This document shows, piece by piece, positions 22,469-32,973 of a DNA stretch of 64,000 nt (the stretch's first letter is position 1; every line of letters starts with the position of its first letter). Source of the stretch: Rebecca billardiae RCC1528 (Eukaryota; Protista; Haptophyta); contig OZ251230.1 in the NCBI GenBank assembly GCA_965240325.2, forward strand, positions 2,108,001 to 2,172,000, written 5' to 3'. The translations under genes and the position numbers were made by a program. The notes beneath the pieces are model-generated. The model ran no database searches, was not told the origin of the DNA, and saw nothing but the letters and a program-made list of their open reading frames with translations.

Positions 22469-23941
22469 TCACTCGCCCTTTGCCTTGGAGAAGAGAAGCG
22501 AGTCCTGCGTCACCTCCATGTTGTAGAGCGCGCACGAGCCGACGAGCAGCGCGACGCCGAGCAGGATCGACGACCAGAGCGTCACCTGGAAGAGCTCGAG
22601 CTGGTCGGACGTGTACTGCGCCTCGCCCAGCGGCAGCGTCGCGTTTGCCTCCTGCAGCCGGCGCGCGTGGCGCTGGACAAAGCAGTGCGCGGTGACCGCC
22701 GAGCCCTCGACGGCCTCGCCGAAGCGCTCGCATGCGGTCACGTCGTCCTCGCGCGATGGGCTGGCCGCGCGGAAGACGTGCGCGCCGAGCACGGTCCAGC
22801 CGGCGAGCGAGGGCGGTGCGCTCACCGCCGGCAGGCGCTCAGGCGGGGTGAGCACCAGGCCGGCGCGCGCGCGCTGGCCCCACGCGGCCGTGAACTGGGC
22901 GATGATCTCGGGCACGACGGCGTCGACGAGGCGCATCGCGGCGGCGTTCTCCTTCAGCGCCGCCGGCGCGGCGAGGTCGATCGCGACGAGGTCCGCCACG
23001 CCGTCCGCGAGCAGCGCCGCGAGCGCGGCGTCCGCGGCGACGCGGCCGAGCACGACGAGCGGCGCGCCGAGCTCGGCGACGAGCGCGGCCTCCGCGGGCG
23101 AGGTGGTGTCGAGGGCGGCGAGCTGGTCCGGCGCGACGCGGCGGAGCGCGGCGAGCGCGTCGTCGAAGCTCACGGTGAACGTCGGCGCCGCCAGCGCGCC
23201 GCCGATCTGCGCGGGCTTGGTCGTGCGGCTCTCGCTGTCGTACGAGAGGACGGCCGCGGGCCACGAGGCCGCGCTGCCGCGCGCGAGCGACGGGTGGGCG
23301 CCGGCGGCGGCGGCCACCTGGGTGTCAGACGAGAGCGAGAGCAGGAGGGCGCGGCCCTGCGACGACTGGCCGATCACGTCGGCGAGGCCCGCGACGCGCG
23401 CCGCCGCCTCGTCGCGGCCGGCGGCGAACGCGCGCACGACCTCGCCCGTCTTGGCGTCGAGCCATGCCTTGGTCGCGATGCCGTGGTCGGCGGGGGTGGT
23501 GCCCGTGACGCGCGAGACGGCGACCGAGACGCGGTCGCGGGGCATGAACGACGGCTCGAGCTCGACGGCGTGGCTCTGCGCCACCAGCGCCGCGAGCTTG
23601 GGGTACGCCGCCGCCTCGACCTCGGCGAGCGTCAGCCCCTCGACGGTGAGGAGCAGCACCGCCTCGGCGGGCGCGAGCAGCGCGGGCTTGACCTCGGGCA
23701 TCGGGGCTGGGAAGGCGGTCGCGAGCGCACCCGCGACGTGCGCCACCAGCGGCGCGATGCTCGTCTCTGACATGGCCGACGGGCCCGCCGCCTCGCCCGC
23801 GCCAACGAGCACGAGGTGCGCGGCATCGGCCACGCGCTCGGCGCCAGTGAGGACAATGTCGCCGCTGCGGCCGGGGAAGAAGGCGTGCTCGACGGGGTTC
23901 ACCACGGCACCCGCCACCAGCGTGGCCACGACGAACAGCAT
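22469..23941 (-). CDS. ATP6AP2: V-ATPase accessory protein, ATP6AP2/(pro)renin-receptor-like type I membrane protein
   Basis: Signal peptide MLFVVATLVAGA; single C-terminal TM followed by FQVTLW...ALYNMEVTQDSLLFSK, the ATP6AP2-type tail. Confidence 0.7.
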   Translation of the reverse strand: MLFVVATLVAGAVVNPVEHAFFPGRSGDIVLTGAERVADAAHLVLVGAGEAAGPSAMSETSIAPLVAHVAGALATAFPAPMPEVKPALLAPAEAVLLLTVEGLTLAEVEAAAYPKLAALVAQSHAVELEPSFMPRDRVSVAVSRVTGTTPADHGIATKAWLDAKTGEVVRAFAAGRDEAAARVAGLADVIGQSSQGRALLLSLSSDTQVAAAAGAHPSLARGSAASWPAAVLSYDSESRTTKPAQIGGALAAPTFTVSFDDALAALRRVAPDQLAALDTTSPAEAALVAELGAPLVVLGRVAADAALAALLADGVADLVAIDLAAPAALKENAAAMRLVDAVVPEIIAQFTAAWGQRARAGLVLTPPERLPAVSAPPSLAGWTVLGAHVFRAASPSREDDVTACERFGEAVEGSAVTAHCFVQRHARRLQEANATLPLGEAQYTSDQLELFQVTLWSSILLGVALLVGSCALYNMEVTQDSLLFSKAKGE

Positions 23942-24483
23942 CTCTTCGCCTGCACGACAAGCCGCGGGGTGCGCGCGGCAATCTCGGGGCCTTCGGGGAG
24001 AGGCGGTGCAGCCAGGGATGACACAAGGCAGAGGCACTCGGCTCCCCGAGGCCCGGGCCAGTCGGCGGCCTCGCATCAAGCCCGGCCCAGGCGCTGCGGG
24101 CTCCGGGCGCGCTGATTGCAGGAACGAGAGAGTCCGGGAGGCCCGGACAGAACCGACGAGAATGATGTGCGCTTGTGCGGTTCGTCAAGAGCTTTGTCAA
24201 TGATCGAAATTGGCGGCAAATTGGCGAAATTGCGCGGGCGAAACATCGTTTCGCTCACGGGGTTCATATGATCATGTCCGCTCAACTGTTAAGCGGCGAT
24301 TTTTGCTCATGTGCAGTCATCATAGAAGTGTCGTGTACGCACGCCTGTACGGTACCCGCGGCCGATCGGGGCAGCCGAGCCGGCCGCCGAGCCGGTGGGT
24401 GGACTGCAAGGTCTGCAGCCATCGGAGGCTGGCTGCAGTGGGCAGGCCCAACCCTCCCCGTCACACCAGCTGGCCTGCGCGCG

Positions 24484-27400
24484 ATGAGCGAGGCGACGTC
24501 GCCTCCGCGCGCGCTACGGCCGATTCGGCGCAGAGTGTCGCACGCGGGCGACCTGCGCCGCACGCTCCTGGCGCCCGGCGTCGAGGCTGCGCGCGAGGCG
24601 CCCCGGCGGGACGACCCTGACGAGCACGTGCCTCTCCACGAGCGCGGCTCGGCGGAGGAGATGGCTGTCGCCGTCGCCGAGCGTCGAGAGCTCATGCGAT
24701 CACCTGCCGTGCTGACTGCGATCGGTCGCTTCTGGTTCGCGGCGGGCCTCCAGCCCGACGAGCTCATGGACGTGTCCACGTACTGCGCGCTCTACGCGCG
24801 CATCGCGCGCGCGCTCGGCTCATCGCGCGCCGACGAGCCCGCCGCCGTCACGCGCGCACTAGCCCTGGCGGACTGGCGCAACGATCGCGCCCTCGCCGCC
24901 GTCCGCGGTTATGACGACGCGCGGGACGACGGGCTCTCCCTCGCCGCCTTCTCCGCCGGCCTCTTTGAGCTGACGGACGTCTGGACGGTCGGCTACTCAG
25001 AGGCCGAGTACGTCGGCTTCTTGCACAACCTGCTCGCGCGGATCACGCGTGTCGATGACGTGCGTGCCACGCTGGCCGACGCAGCCACCGATCTGCGAGC
25101 CATGCGCGCGGCGCAGCCAGGCGGCGACAGCCCGTGGCGGATGCTCGAGCGCAGGCTCGAGGTTGTCGAGCGACTGGCAGCCGCCAGCCGTTCGCTCGCA
25201 CCGCTGCGGAGCGTGCGCGGGCCGCACGAGGAGGCTGACGCGCATGCATCCGCAGGGTCCATTACGAGCACGCCCGCACCCGATGCGGGCGTCGGGGCCC
25301 AAGGGAGCGCAGCGGCACGCGAGGCCGAGCATGCGCAGGCGGAGGCAGCGCAGGAGGCGGAGATAGCCGAGGCGGAACTCGGTGGCGAGCCAGCGCATGG
25401 CGCGCTCGTCGACGGTGAGACTGCGCCCGAGGTCGAGACGCACACTGAGCGCGAGAGGCGTGACGAGGAGGCATACGCGCCAACCTGGCCGCCGGCAGGC
25501 ACTGAGCCTGCGCCGGCGGCCGCGCCCATCGAGCCAGGGGCTGAGGTCCACGCTGATGGTGCACTCGCCGTTGACAGTGTCTCGCACGCTCCGGCCGAGG
25601 CCGACGCTCCCGCGGCAGAGGCACCTGCCGTTGCGCCTTCGCTCTTCATCCCATCGCGAGAAGACATGCTCGCGCTGTTAGACGATGCCATGGCGCCGGC
25701 CGCGGAAGACGACACGAGCGCAACACCGCCGTCAGGCGCGCGCCGGGCGTGGGCTATCGCCGCCCACCGCACGGCGCACGCTCGCAGCGTCGTCAGCTCG
25801 CTGCAGATGCGCCGGCGCTGGGCGCTCGCTGCTCGGAGTGATCTGCGAGCGGCCATCAACCGTGCGCGCCGCCTTCTTGGGCAAGCCCCGTCTGCAGCGA
25901 TCGACGACGACGACGACGACGATGAGGATGGCGCGTCTCGCAGTGGCTCGACCGCACCGCTCGGCCCAGTGCACTCGATGCCGCCAGTCCCGAGCGAGGA
26001 CGCACACGACGCAGCGGCGGGCACGACAAGTGCCGAGCGGAGTGCCCGAGTCGCGCCAAACTACGATGACGGCGTTGCTCATGACGGCTCACACCCGCAG
26101 GGTCTCGCTCGGTCGGATGGCCGCTCTGTGGCGACGCGTGGCAAACATGCCGGCGCTGCTGCTTCCGGTGGTCAGCTGGCGGCAGCCACGAGCAGCGGCG
26201 ATCCTTGCCGGGTCGACCTGGTCGAGGACCTCGGCGAGAGCCCCGGCGCCAACGTGCACGCCAATCCCGAGTCATCGGGAGACATCAGCTCAACATTCAC
26301 CGCTGCGCAGCGCGAGGGGATGGGCCAGCACTCCGCCGGCCTATCGAACCTGCCTGACCACGGCGGCATCTCGCACCAGCATGTGTCTGACGAGCTGATG
26401 GACGCGCTCAGCCTCGTAGTCGAGGCGAGCGCAGACCAGGGCGGAGCCGGCGACGCCGACGTGAGCGAGGGCATTGACCTCTTGACCCATGTGCTGGCGC
26501 ACGAGTGCCTGGCGGTGGCGAGCAGGCACTCGGCCGATGGCGTGGAGGCCGCCAGCTTGGGCGCCATGGCCGTGGCAGGCGAAGCCTCTGCCGGTGGGTG
26601 CGCGAGGGCAGAGATGAACAGCAGCGACCCAGAGAGCGGCTGCAAGGCGCCCGCTCATACGCGTGACGGCTCACAGGGCCAGGGCAGCAGCGATGGTGCA
26701 CGCACTCGACGCGATCTGGTTCAGCGCGCGAGCAGGGTCGCGGATCGCGTTGGCCTCACGCGCCGCATCGACAGCGATCGCCCATCTCCATCGCACCTTG
26801 CACGGGGGCCGACGCCGAGCGGCGCTCGGGCGCGCCGCCGGTCCTGGCACGGCAAGCTGCCTGCAAGCGCAGGCTCTGCGCACGTACGGCGACCCAGCCC
26901 GGAGAAGCTCCCCGTGCAGGCTCATGGCGCAAGCGCCCGGCGGCCCAGTCTGCCGCAGCAGATGCCCTCCAGGGATGCCGCAGGCTCACGGCGGCACAGT
27001 CTGCAGCAGCTGCCTGTGAGCAGCGCTGCAAGCCGGCGGCACAGTCTGAGCGAGCAGCGGCCCACGCGGAGCGCGTCGAGCTGCCGGAGACCGAGCTCGG
27101 AGCTCTCTGCTGTGCAGCGCGACGATGCACGAGGTCTGCGGCCACAAGAACCCGGCAACGAACAGGCACAATCGCCCGGAGGAAGGGCTCAGCAGCTCGC
27201 CGGAGAATGCCGATGCACAGCCTCGGAGGTCTGTGACACCGCGATCACGAACGAGGGCCCTTGCCACACCTCATCGGGAAGGGTGGAGGAACCGCCGCGG
27301 CGAGAGGCGGGAAACATCGGCGGAGTGGTGGAAATCGAACGCGGTGATCATGCGTCCGACGCACCGCATGACGCGCCGCACAGCGCACCTGGAGTGGAAA

Positions 27401-28464
27401 CACCTGCGCACACGTCGTCGAGCAGCGCCGTCGAAGCGTGTGCCTGGCCGAGTGACGCGGTTGCGAATCACGCTGTTGAGGCGAGCCCCCACGGCCCGGC
27501 TGCGTTGGCTCCGCCCATCTGTCGGACGCGCAGGCACTCCATGCCTACGCACCTACCGCACTACAGCGCCGGCGTGCACGCTGGCATCGCGAGCTCAATA
27601 TCGCCCACGTCGCCCGGAGCTGAGAGGCATTATTACCCTGCCGTGCTCGGCGGACCCCCCGGGTATCAAGGGGCGATGGGCATGCGTGATCACGAGGGGC
27701 CGAGCCGCCCACGCATGCGCCCGCAGACAGCTACGCCAGTGCACGTGAATGCCGGAGGCTGGGGCGGCCCAACGAGCTGCGGAGGCGGCGTGCACCTGCG
27801 AGCAAGCCTGCAGTCTGCAAATGCAGGATCGCCGACGCGTACAAGGCGTGCATCAGCCGAGTCTGCAGTGCGCTTGGGTGGTGACGTGCGAGCGTTGCGA
27901 GCGCACGTCTTTGAGCCGCTCCTGCCGCAGGCCCAAGCACCGACTCACGTGCCTTGGATGCACTGCCCGCAGCATCCTTCGCGCCCCGCAACGGCAGGCC
28001 CTTTCCATCACAGGGCACTTGCCAGCCTCCACGCACCCCGGCACGCACACGCAGGGGCACACGATGGGATCCGGCACCACGTGCCACATGCTGCACATCT
28101 GGCTAGTGCTGCGGTCACGCAGACGGCCTCGTCAAGCATCTCACGCGTCCTCAATGGCCAGAGCGAGCTGGCCACGAGTGCGGCAGTCTGCGCGTCGCTC
28201 ATGCAGCGGCACGTGCCGCCAGCTATGGCCGGGCATCCACACGAGCCACAGGAACATCGCATTCCGCAACGGCCGAAATCGCCCATCAGGACACACGGCG
28301 CGACGCCCTCAAGATCGCCGCGGCACATCGCGCCGTCTCGCACGACGCCTAGTCCAGCTCTGCCGCAGGTAGTGGGGGCCGACCCTCCCCTTTCTTCTCA
28401 GCGCTTTCCGCCGCACATATCACCTCGGCCACGAGCGGCTTACGAGCCCGGGCGTGCTGGATGA
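24484..28464 (+). CDS. Large hypothetical protein: N-terminal degenerate EF-hand-like helical domain, long disordered C-terminus
   Basis: 1326-codon ORF from ATG 24484; globular segment ADWRND...LSLAAFSAGLFELTDVWT...EYVGFLHNLLARIT; the rest is low complexity. Confidence 0.6.
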   Translation: MSEATSPPRALRPIRRRVSHAGDLRRTLLAPGVEAAREAPRRDDPDEHVPLHERGSAEEMAVAVAERRELMRSPAVLTAIGRFWFAAGLQPDELMDVSTYCALYARIARALGSSRADEPAAVTRALALADWRNDRALAAVRGYDDARDDGLSLAAFSAGLFELTDVWTVGYSEAEYVGFLHNLLARITRVDDVRATLADAATDLRAMRAAQPGGDSPWRMLERRLEVVERLAAASRSLAPLRSVRGPHEEADAHASAGSITSTPAPDAGVGAQGSAAAREAEHAQAEAAQEAEIAEAELGGEPAHGALVDGETAPEVETHTERERRDEEAYAPTWPPAGTEPAPAAAPIEPGAEVHADGALAVDSVSHAPAEADAPAAEAPAVAPSLFIPSREDMLALLDDAMAPAAEDDTSATPPSGARRAWAIAAHRTAHARSVVSSLQMRRRWALAARSDLRAAINRARRLLGQAPSAAIDDDDDDDEDGASRSGSTAPLGPVHSMPPVPSEDAHDAAAGTTSAERSARVAPNYDDGVAHDGSHPQGLARSDGRSVATRGKHAGAAASGGQLAAATSSGDPCRVDLVEDLGESPGANVHANPESSGDISSTFTAAQREGMGQHSAGLSNLPDHGGISHQHVSDELMDALSLVVEASADQGGAGDADVSEGIDLLTHVLAHECLAVASRHSADGVEAASLGAMAVAGEASAGGCARAEMNSSDPESGCKAPAHTRDGSQGQGSSDGARTRRDLVQRASRVADRVGLTRRIDSDRPSPSHLARGPTPSGARARRRSWHGKLPASAGSAHVRRPSPEKLPVQAHGASARRPSLPQQMPSRDAAGSRRHSLQQLPVSSAASRRHSLSEQRPTRSASSCRRPSSELSAVQRDDARGLRPQEPGNEQAQSPGGRAQQLAGECRCTASEVCDTAITNEGPCHTSSGRVEEPPRREAGNIGGVVEIERGDHASDAPHDAPHSAPGVETPAHTSSSSAVEACAWPSDAVANHAVEASPHGPAALAPPICRTRRHSMPTHLPHYSAGVHAGIASSISPTSPGAERHYYPAVLGGPPGYQGAMGMRDHEGPSRPRMRPQTATPVHVNAGGWGGPTSCGGGVHLRASLQSANAGSPTRTRRASAESAVRLGGDVRALRAHVFEPLLPQAQAPTHVPWMHCPQHPSRPATAGPFHHRALASLHAPRHAHAGAHDGIRHHVPHAAHLASAAVTQTASSSISRVLNGQSELATSAAVCASLMQRHVPPAMAGHPHEPQEHRIPQRPKSPIRTHGATPSRSPRHIAPSRTTPSPALPQVVGADPPLSSQRFPPHISPRPRAAYEPGRAG

Positions 28465-28878
28465 CCCCGAGTCTTCTGTGGTGCGCACGGGCGCGCTCAC
28501 CGACGCGAGTCGTCGGACAAACGCCGGGTGTATGGAGACCGCACCCCCATGTGTACTATTGTACGCGCCTTGCCCCGTGCGATGGTTCGAATTTCTCGTT
28601 AGTTAGCAGCCTCGGCGAGCGTGGGCGTGCGACACACGCGCCAGGTCCCGGGGGTGCTCTTTGCGCAGGCGATACACGTGGCGCGGTGAGTCTGGCGTGG
28701 CTGCCGATACAGGCCAAATGCAAGCGCAATGTAGCAGCCGCTGCCGCTGTCGGCGCTGCTTAGCGCTGGGCTGGCTGCAGCGCACCTTCTCCGCCATCGC
28801 CAACGCCCGATTGGCAGAGGAACAGGACGACGGACTTTTCGACCTGCCTGCCGTCTGCACGTCGACGGTAACCTAGAC

Positions 28879-28964
28879 TGGTAAGATGACGAAGCGTTTT
28901 ACCGCTGCGCCACCAGAGTCGACTCTGGTGGCGCAGCGGTGTAAAACGCTTCGTCATCTTACCA
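28879..28964. repeat. Near-perfect loopless palindrome (42-bp arms plus a 2-nt bulge)
   Basis: TGGTAAGATGACGAAGCGTTTTACCGCTGCGCCACCAGAGTC|GACTCTGGTGGCGCAGCGGTGTAAAACGCTTCGTCATCTTACCA. Confidence 0.95.
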
Positions 28965-29897
28965 ATCTCCTCAGCCGGCGTCCCGCTCCCACTCACGTTC
29001 TCATTCCCTGTCTCGCCCTCCGTCTCCGGCACCACACGCTGTCGGCGCGGCGGCATCCTCACGTGCAGAAATGGCTGCTACGATCGAGTCACAAGTAAGG
29101 CAGGCGAAGGTCTGATCAGCGCTGACGAAATTGCCAACGACCGCGGAGCCAAATCTGTTCGCGCCTTCGATACATACGCAACAGTTGGACGACGTGGTCG
29201 TTCGCGCCTTCGCGTGCCCAAATCCCAATAATATCTCCGTAGGGGGGTCATAACGGTATAGTACCAAAACGCCCGCCAAAACACCGAGCTGCGAGAATCT
29301 CGAGTCCGGGAGTGAATCCAGGGCTGCTCTGACGTCATCCCAGTACCCATCTCCGGACTCGGAGTCACAAACTGCGGCTCGATGGTACGGATTGATGAAA
29401 TGCATCGATGAAATGTCTTCCCATAGCCCGTGGTAAATCATGGAAATAAATAGGCACAAATCAGCATGGAGTCGCCATTAAATCGGCCAACTTACCATAG
29501 ACACGTGTTTCTACACAGACAGCCCTCTAGAGCCAGTGATTGATGATAGAGGGGGCCTGGCCTGTCTGATAACATAGAACCACGGATTGGATGGCCACCA
29601 GAGATCCGAATGACATAGGATCGATCAGCAACCTGCGCCAACCCCAGCCAGGGTACGGGGGCAGAAGTGTTCCGATGCGAGGGTGGCACCGGCATCTGCA
29701 CGATCCGTACGCGGCCATCCCTCTCTGGTAAAGGCCGGTCGATCATCCATCGAAGCTGGCGTGCCTGGCCGGCCACACAAGCCCTCGCGGGACCGTGCGA
29801 CACACACGAAATCGTCACGCGGGCTAGGGGCAGCCACCAGGAGGGCGTCCGCGCGGCGGCAGGCTGGCCGTCGACATCCTCCACAATGCAGAGGGCA

Positions 29898-31718
29898 TCA
29901 GGGCAGGGGCGGCCAAAGTCGCCGCATGCTCGCAGCAAGCCTGTGCGCCACGCTGTGATGACGGCCGCTTAGCCTGTGTCCTCGTCGATCGGAGCCCGAG
30001 GGCAGATTGCTCGTCCACGCACAGTAGACGCCGCGGTCACGCAGAATGGCGAAGCGTGTGCCATACGAGCCCTGCCACCCGAACCAGTCGGCCGCCATAC
30101 AGCCGTCCGCGCTGTTCGTCGGGCCGTCGTGTGCACACCAACCGAGTCCGAAGCCAAAGGATGACATCCCCATGCAGACGGTCTGGGGCCGTGCGCGGCT
30201 CGTCATCGGCGGCGCCGGCTGCATTGGCCACTGGCCGTATGCGGCGTTGCGGGCCGACTGGAAGAGCAGATCGACCGATGCCTTCGAGAGGACTCGGACG
30301 CCGTCGAGCTCGCCGTCGCGCAGGAGCAGCTGCGCGAGCCGCGAGACATCCTCCACCGAGCCCATCAGCGCATTGCTGACCTGCACCGGTGAAAATGGCC
30401 CAGGTGGTCGCAGGGCCCACGCACCGAGCGGCGAGCGTAGCGTCGTTGCGTCGTAGCAGGGCACGTCCGCATTGGCCGCAGCAAGCTCGCCATCGGCGAG
30501 GCCGCTGCACACGAGCGCGCTCACCATGCGAAGCGGCGAGAGCAGCAGCCGACCAACCCAGTGCAGCACGCTCTTCCCGGTTGCACGCATCACGACTGCG
30601 TCGAGCAGCGTGTACGACCAATTGTCGTACACGCACGACGTGGTGCAACCCGGCCGGTGCGTGAGGACCTTGCGCACGGAGTGTCTCGGTTGGTCCCCGT
30701 CGCGCGCGAATGAGTGCCGAAATTCAGGGGACATGGGGCTGTGATCGCCTGCGTCTGTGGAGGGCGCGTCCGTGTCGGCATCGTCCGCGCACACCCCGCA
30801 CGCTCTCCGGCAGCGTGCGCGCATGAACGCCGGGTTGATGTCGCACTCGCCCGCAGCGGCCCACGTCCTGCAGTCTGCCATCGAGTCGGCGCACGCTGGC
30901 ACGCAGCTGGCATCGGGGTCGCACATGCCGCACGCGGACGGGCACGTCAGGAGCATGTAGGCTGCATTCCGGCTGCACTCGCCATTTTTCGCCCACTGGC
31001 AACAGCCACCATGACGGTCAACGCACGAGAGGTCCGGCGCATCGGTGGCGATGCGCGAGAGGGCATGTGCGAGGCGTCGGGCGCGCGCGCGATGCGTGCG
31101 TCGGAGGCCGATGCCAGCGCAATCGGGTCTCCGCTCGAGGACTGGCAGAACGATCTCGCGCACGCACGAGTCGCCGTCCAGTTCGATGCTGGCCAAGCCG
31201 TCTGGCGAGTCACAGACGGTCGGTAGACCGTTGTGGTCGGCACGATGCGAGATGTTGCGCCATGCGGCGTTCACGCTGTCGTCGAATGGGCCACCCATCG
31301 AGAGTAGGTGCGCGACAGAAGCCGTGCGCCAGCTTGCCGCAGGCGACGCGTCGCCCCTCGCGCCGAAAGCGCAACGCGCTGCGCCGTCGTCGCCCAAGAG
31401 CTCGCCCGCTGTCGTTGCAAGCGTGAGCTGGTGACCCAGCTCGGCACGTTGCTCCACGAGGGCCAAGATAGTCACCGCGACGAACGTCTTCGAGACCGAG
31501 CGCAGCGGCACCGCTGCTCTCGGCCCGGCCGGTGGCCATGGTCCGAACGCCCGAGAGATGAACGGACGGGGCTCGTCGCGCGCCCCGCACTGCATCATCG
31601 TGGGACCGAGCGCATGCTTGTCGGCTAGGAAAGACAGGGTGCTGTTCGTGGTCGATGGGCGCAGCAGCACATCGAGCTCCTCGTCCAACTGCGAGGCGAG
31701 CGTTCCGACGTGCGGCAT
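29898..31718 (-). CDS. Serine beta-lactamase/AmpC-fold hydrolase with two inserted ShKT domains (start uncertain)
   Basis: SVSK (SxxK), SVAHLLSM, YDN (YxN), GSVEDVSRL, FGLGW, GWQGSYG. Two ShKT units: CVDRHGGCCQWAKNGECSRNAAYMLLTCPSACGMC and CADSMADCRTWAAAGECDINPAFMRARCRRACGVC. Confidence 0.8.
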   Translation of the reverse strand: MPHVGTLASQLDEELDVLLRPSTTNSTLSFLADKHALGPTMMQCGARDEPRPFISRAFGPWPPAGPRAAVPLRSVSKTFVAVTILALVEQRAELGHQLTLATTAGELLGDDGAARCAFGARGDASPAASWRTASVAHLLSMGGPFDDSVNAAWRNISHRADHNGLPTVCDSPDGLASIELDGDSCVREIVLPVLERRPDCAGIGLRRTHRARARRLAHALSRIATDAPDLSCVDRHGGCCQWAKNGECSRNAAYMLLTCPSACGMCDPDASCVPACADSMADCRTWAAAGECDINPAFMRARCRRACGVCADDADTDAPSTDAGDHSPMSPEFRHSFARDGDQPRHSVRKVLTHRPGCTTSCVYDNWSYTLLDAVVMRATGKSVLHWVGRLLLSPLRMVSALVCSGLADGELAAANADVPCYDATTLRSPLGAWALRPPGPFSPVQVSNALMGSVEDVSRLAQLLLRDGELDGVRVLSKASVDLLFQSARNAAYGQWPMQPAPPMTSRARPQTVCMGMSSFGFGLGWCAHDGPTNSADGCMAADWFGWQGSYGTRFAILRDRGVYCAWTSNLPSGSDRRGHRLSGRHHSVAHRLAASMRRLWPPLP

Positions 31719-31888
31719 ACACTCGGCTTGCGCGTGGCGCGGCCTCGTCGGCCGTCCGCGTGCGCTCGACGGCCGACGCGGTGGCGGCCAGAGTCCGGCT
31801 GACGAGTAGTGAGTGCAGGCGCTTCGCCGCTTCCGGGAGTTCAAAGCCGTGAGCAAGCGTGAGGATGGCGAAAAACGCCAGTCCCGGC

Positions 31889-32815
31889 ATGGCGCTTGGC
31901 ACGCAAGCAGAGCAGTGGTCTTGCGTGGTGTGTTTCGACCAGACGCAGCGCAAGCTCTGCGCGACCGCGTGTGGTCACGTCTTCCACCGCGAGTGCCTGG
32001 AGCGATGGCTAGACACGGCTCAGCGGCACGGCATGGGCAAGTGCCCCGTGTGCATGCAGAAGCTCCTGCGCGCGGAGCATGTGCGGCGGATCATGCCACT
32101 CAGCGTGGCGGATGCGCTGCCCGCACTGGTCGAGGCAAGCAAGTGCGCTTCTGTCGAGCAATCTGAACAGCCGCTGCTGGCGCTGCCGACGCAGCACGAT
32201 GAGCCCTCGCTCACCCTCAAGACGCATGAGCTGTGCCGCACCATCGCCGCATCCCGCGATGAGCGTGCGCGCCTGCAGCACGAGCTTGCGACCATTGAGC
32301 GGCGACGCCAGCTGCGTACAGAGGAGCGCAGGCACGCTGAGAGCCGTCTGCTCAAGGCACAGGCTGATCAGCGCAGTCACAAGCGAAGGCGCAGGCAGGT
32401 CGACGATCACGACCTCGAGCTGGTGCCAGAGTCGGACGCCGCTTGTGATCAGCCTGTGGCGTCCAGCGCGAGTGCTCTGCAGGCGCAGCTCCAGGCCATC
32501 CACAGCCAGTGTGCTCGCCTCGGGCAGCTCGAGCACGAGCTTGCCCAAACGGGGCGCAAAACGGAGGAGGTGAGCACGCGCATCGCCAAGCTCGAGCCCA
32601 AGGTGCGCGTCCTGGAGGAGTCCAACTCGGCTCAGCAACAAGCAGCTGCCAAGCCGGGCCTGCCTGCCACTGCAGCCGTGGAGATGCGAAGCCTCCTGGG
32701 GCCTCCACAGCCAGGCGTGATTGATGATCTCAGCGATCAGCGACGGCGTGCTGACAGCCGTGACAGCGGGACAGCAACAGCCACGACGAAAATAATGGCG
32801 GGCCGCCGTTATTGA
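31889..32815 (+). CDS. RING-H2 finger plus coiled-coil E3 ubiquitin ligase (TRAIP-like architecture)
   Basis: CVVC...CGHVFHRECLERW...CPVC at the N-terminus, followed by heptad-rich helices; alternative ATG at 31865. Confidence 0.8.
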   Translation: MALGTQAEQWSCVVCFDQTQRKLCATACGHVFHRECLERWLDTAQRHGMGKCPVCMQKLLRAEHVRRIMPLSVADALPALVEASKCASVEQSEQPLLALPTQHDEPSLTLKTHELCRTIAASRDERARLQHELATIERRRQLRTEERRHAESRLLKAQADQRSHKRRRRQVDDHDLELVPESDAACDQPVASSASALQAQLQAIHSQCARLGQLEHELAQTGRKTEEVSTRIAKLEPKVRVLEESNSAQQQAAAKPGLPATAAVEMRSLLGPPQPGVIDDLSDQRRRADSRDSGTATATTKIMAGRRY

Positions 32816-32973
32816 TTTTCCAAAATACTATATATACGTACTTTCGTTTTTACAAAAAATAAATAGGTTTCCGCCCCCGCCTGACGCTGGCGGAGTGCTG
32901 GCCCGGCTTTTCATTTTTCAACGGTTGTGCGCCGGAGCCCAGCCAGGGCGGCGGCCCTCACCTGTGTTCCCCC

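Noticed and set aside
28575-28610. GGTTCGAA T-loop-like motif as a possible tRNA (also near 33745 and 57512)
   Set aside because: No acceptor, D or anticodon stems could be built.
28879-28964. SECIS element (ATGA core within a hairpin)
   Set aside because: ATGA is Watson-Crick paired, there is no apical AA loop, and no upstream in-frame TGA gene is evident.
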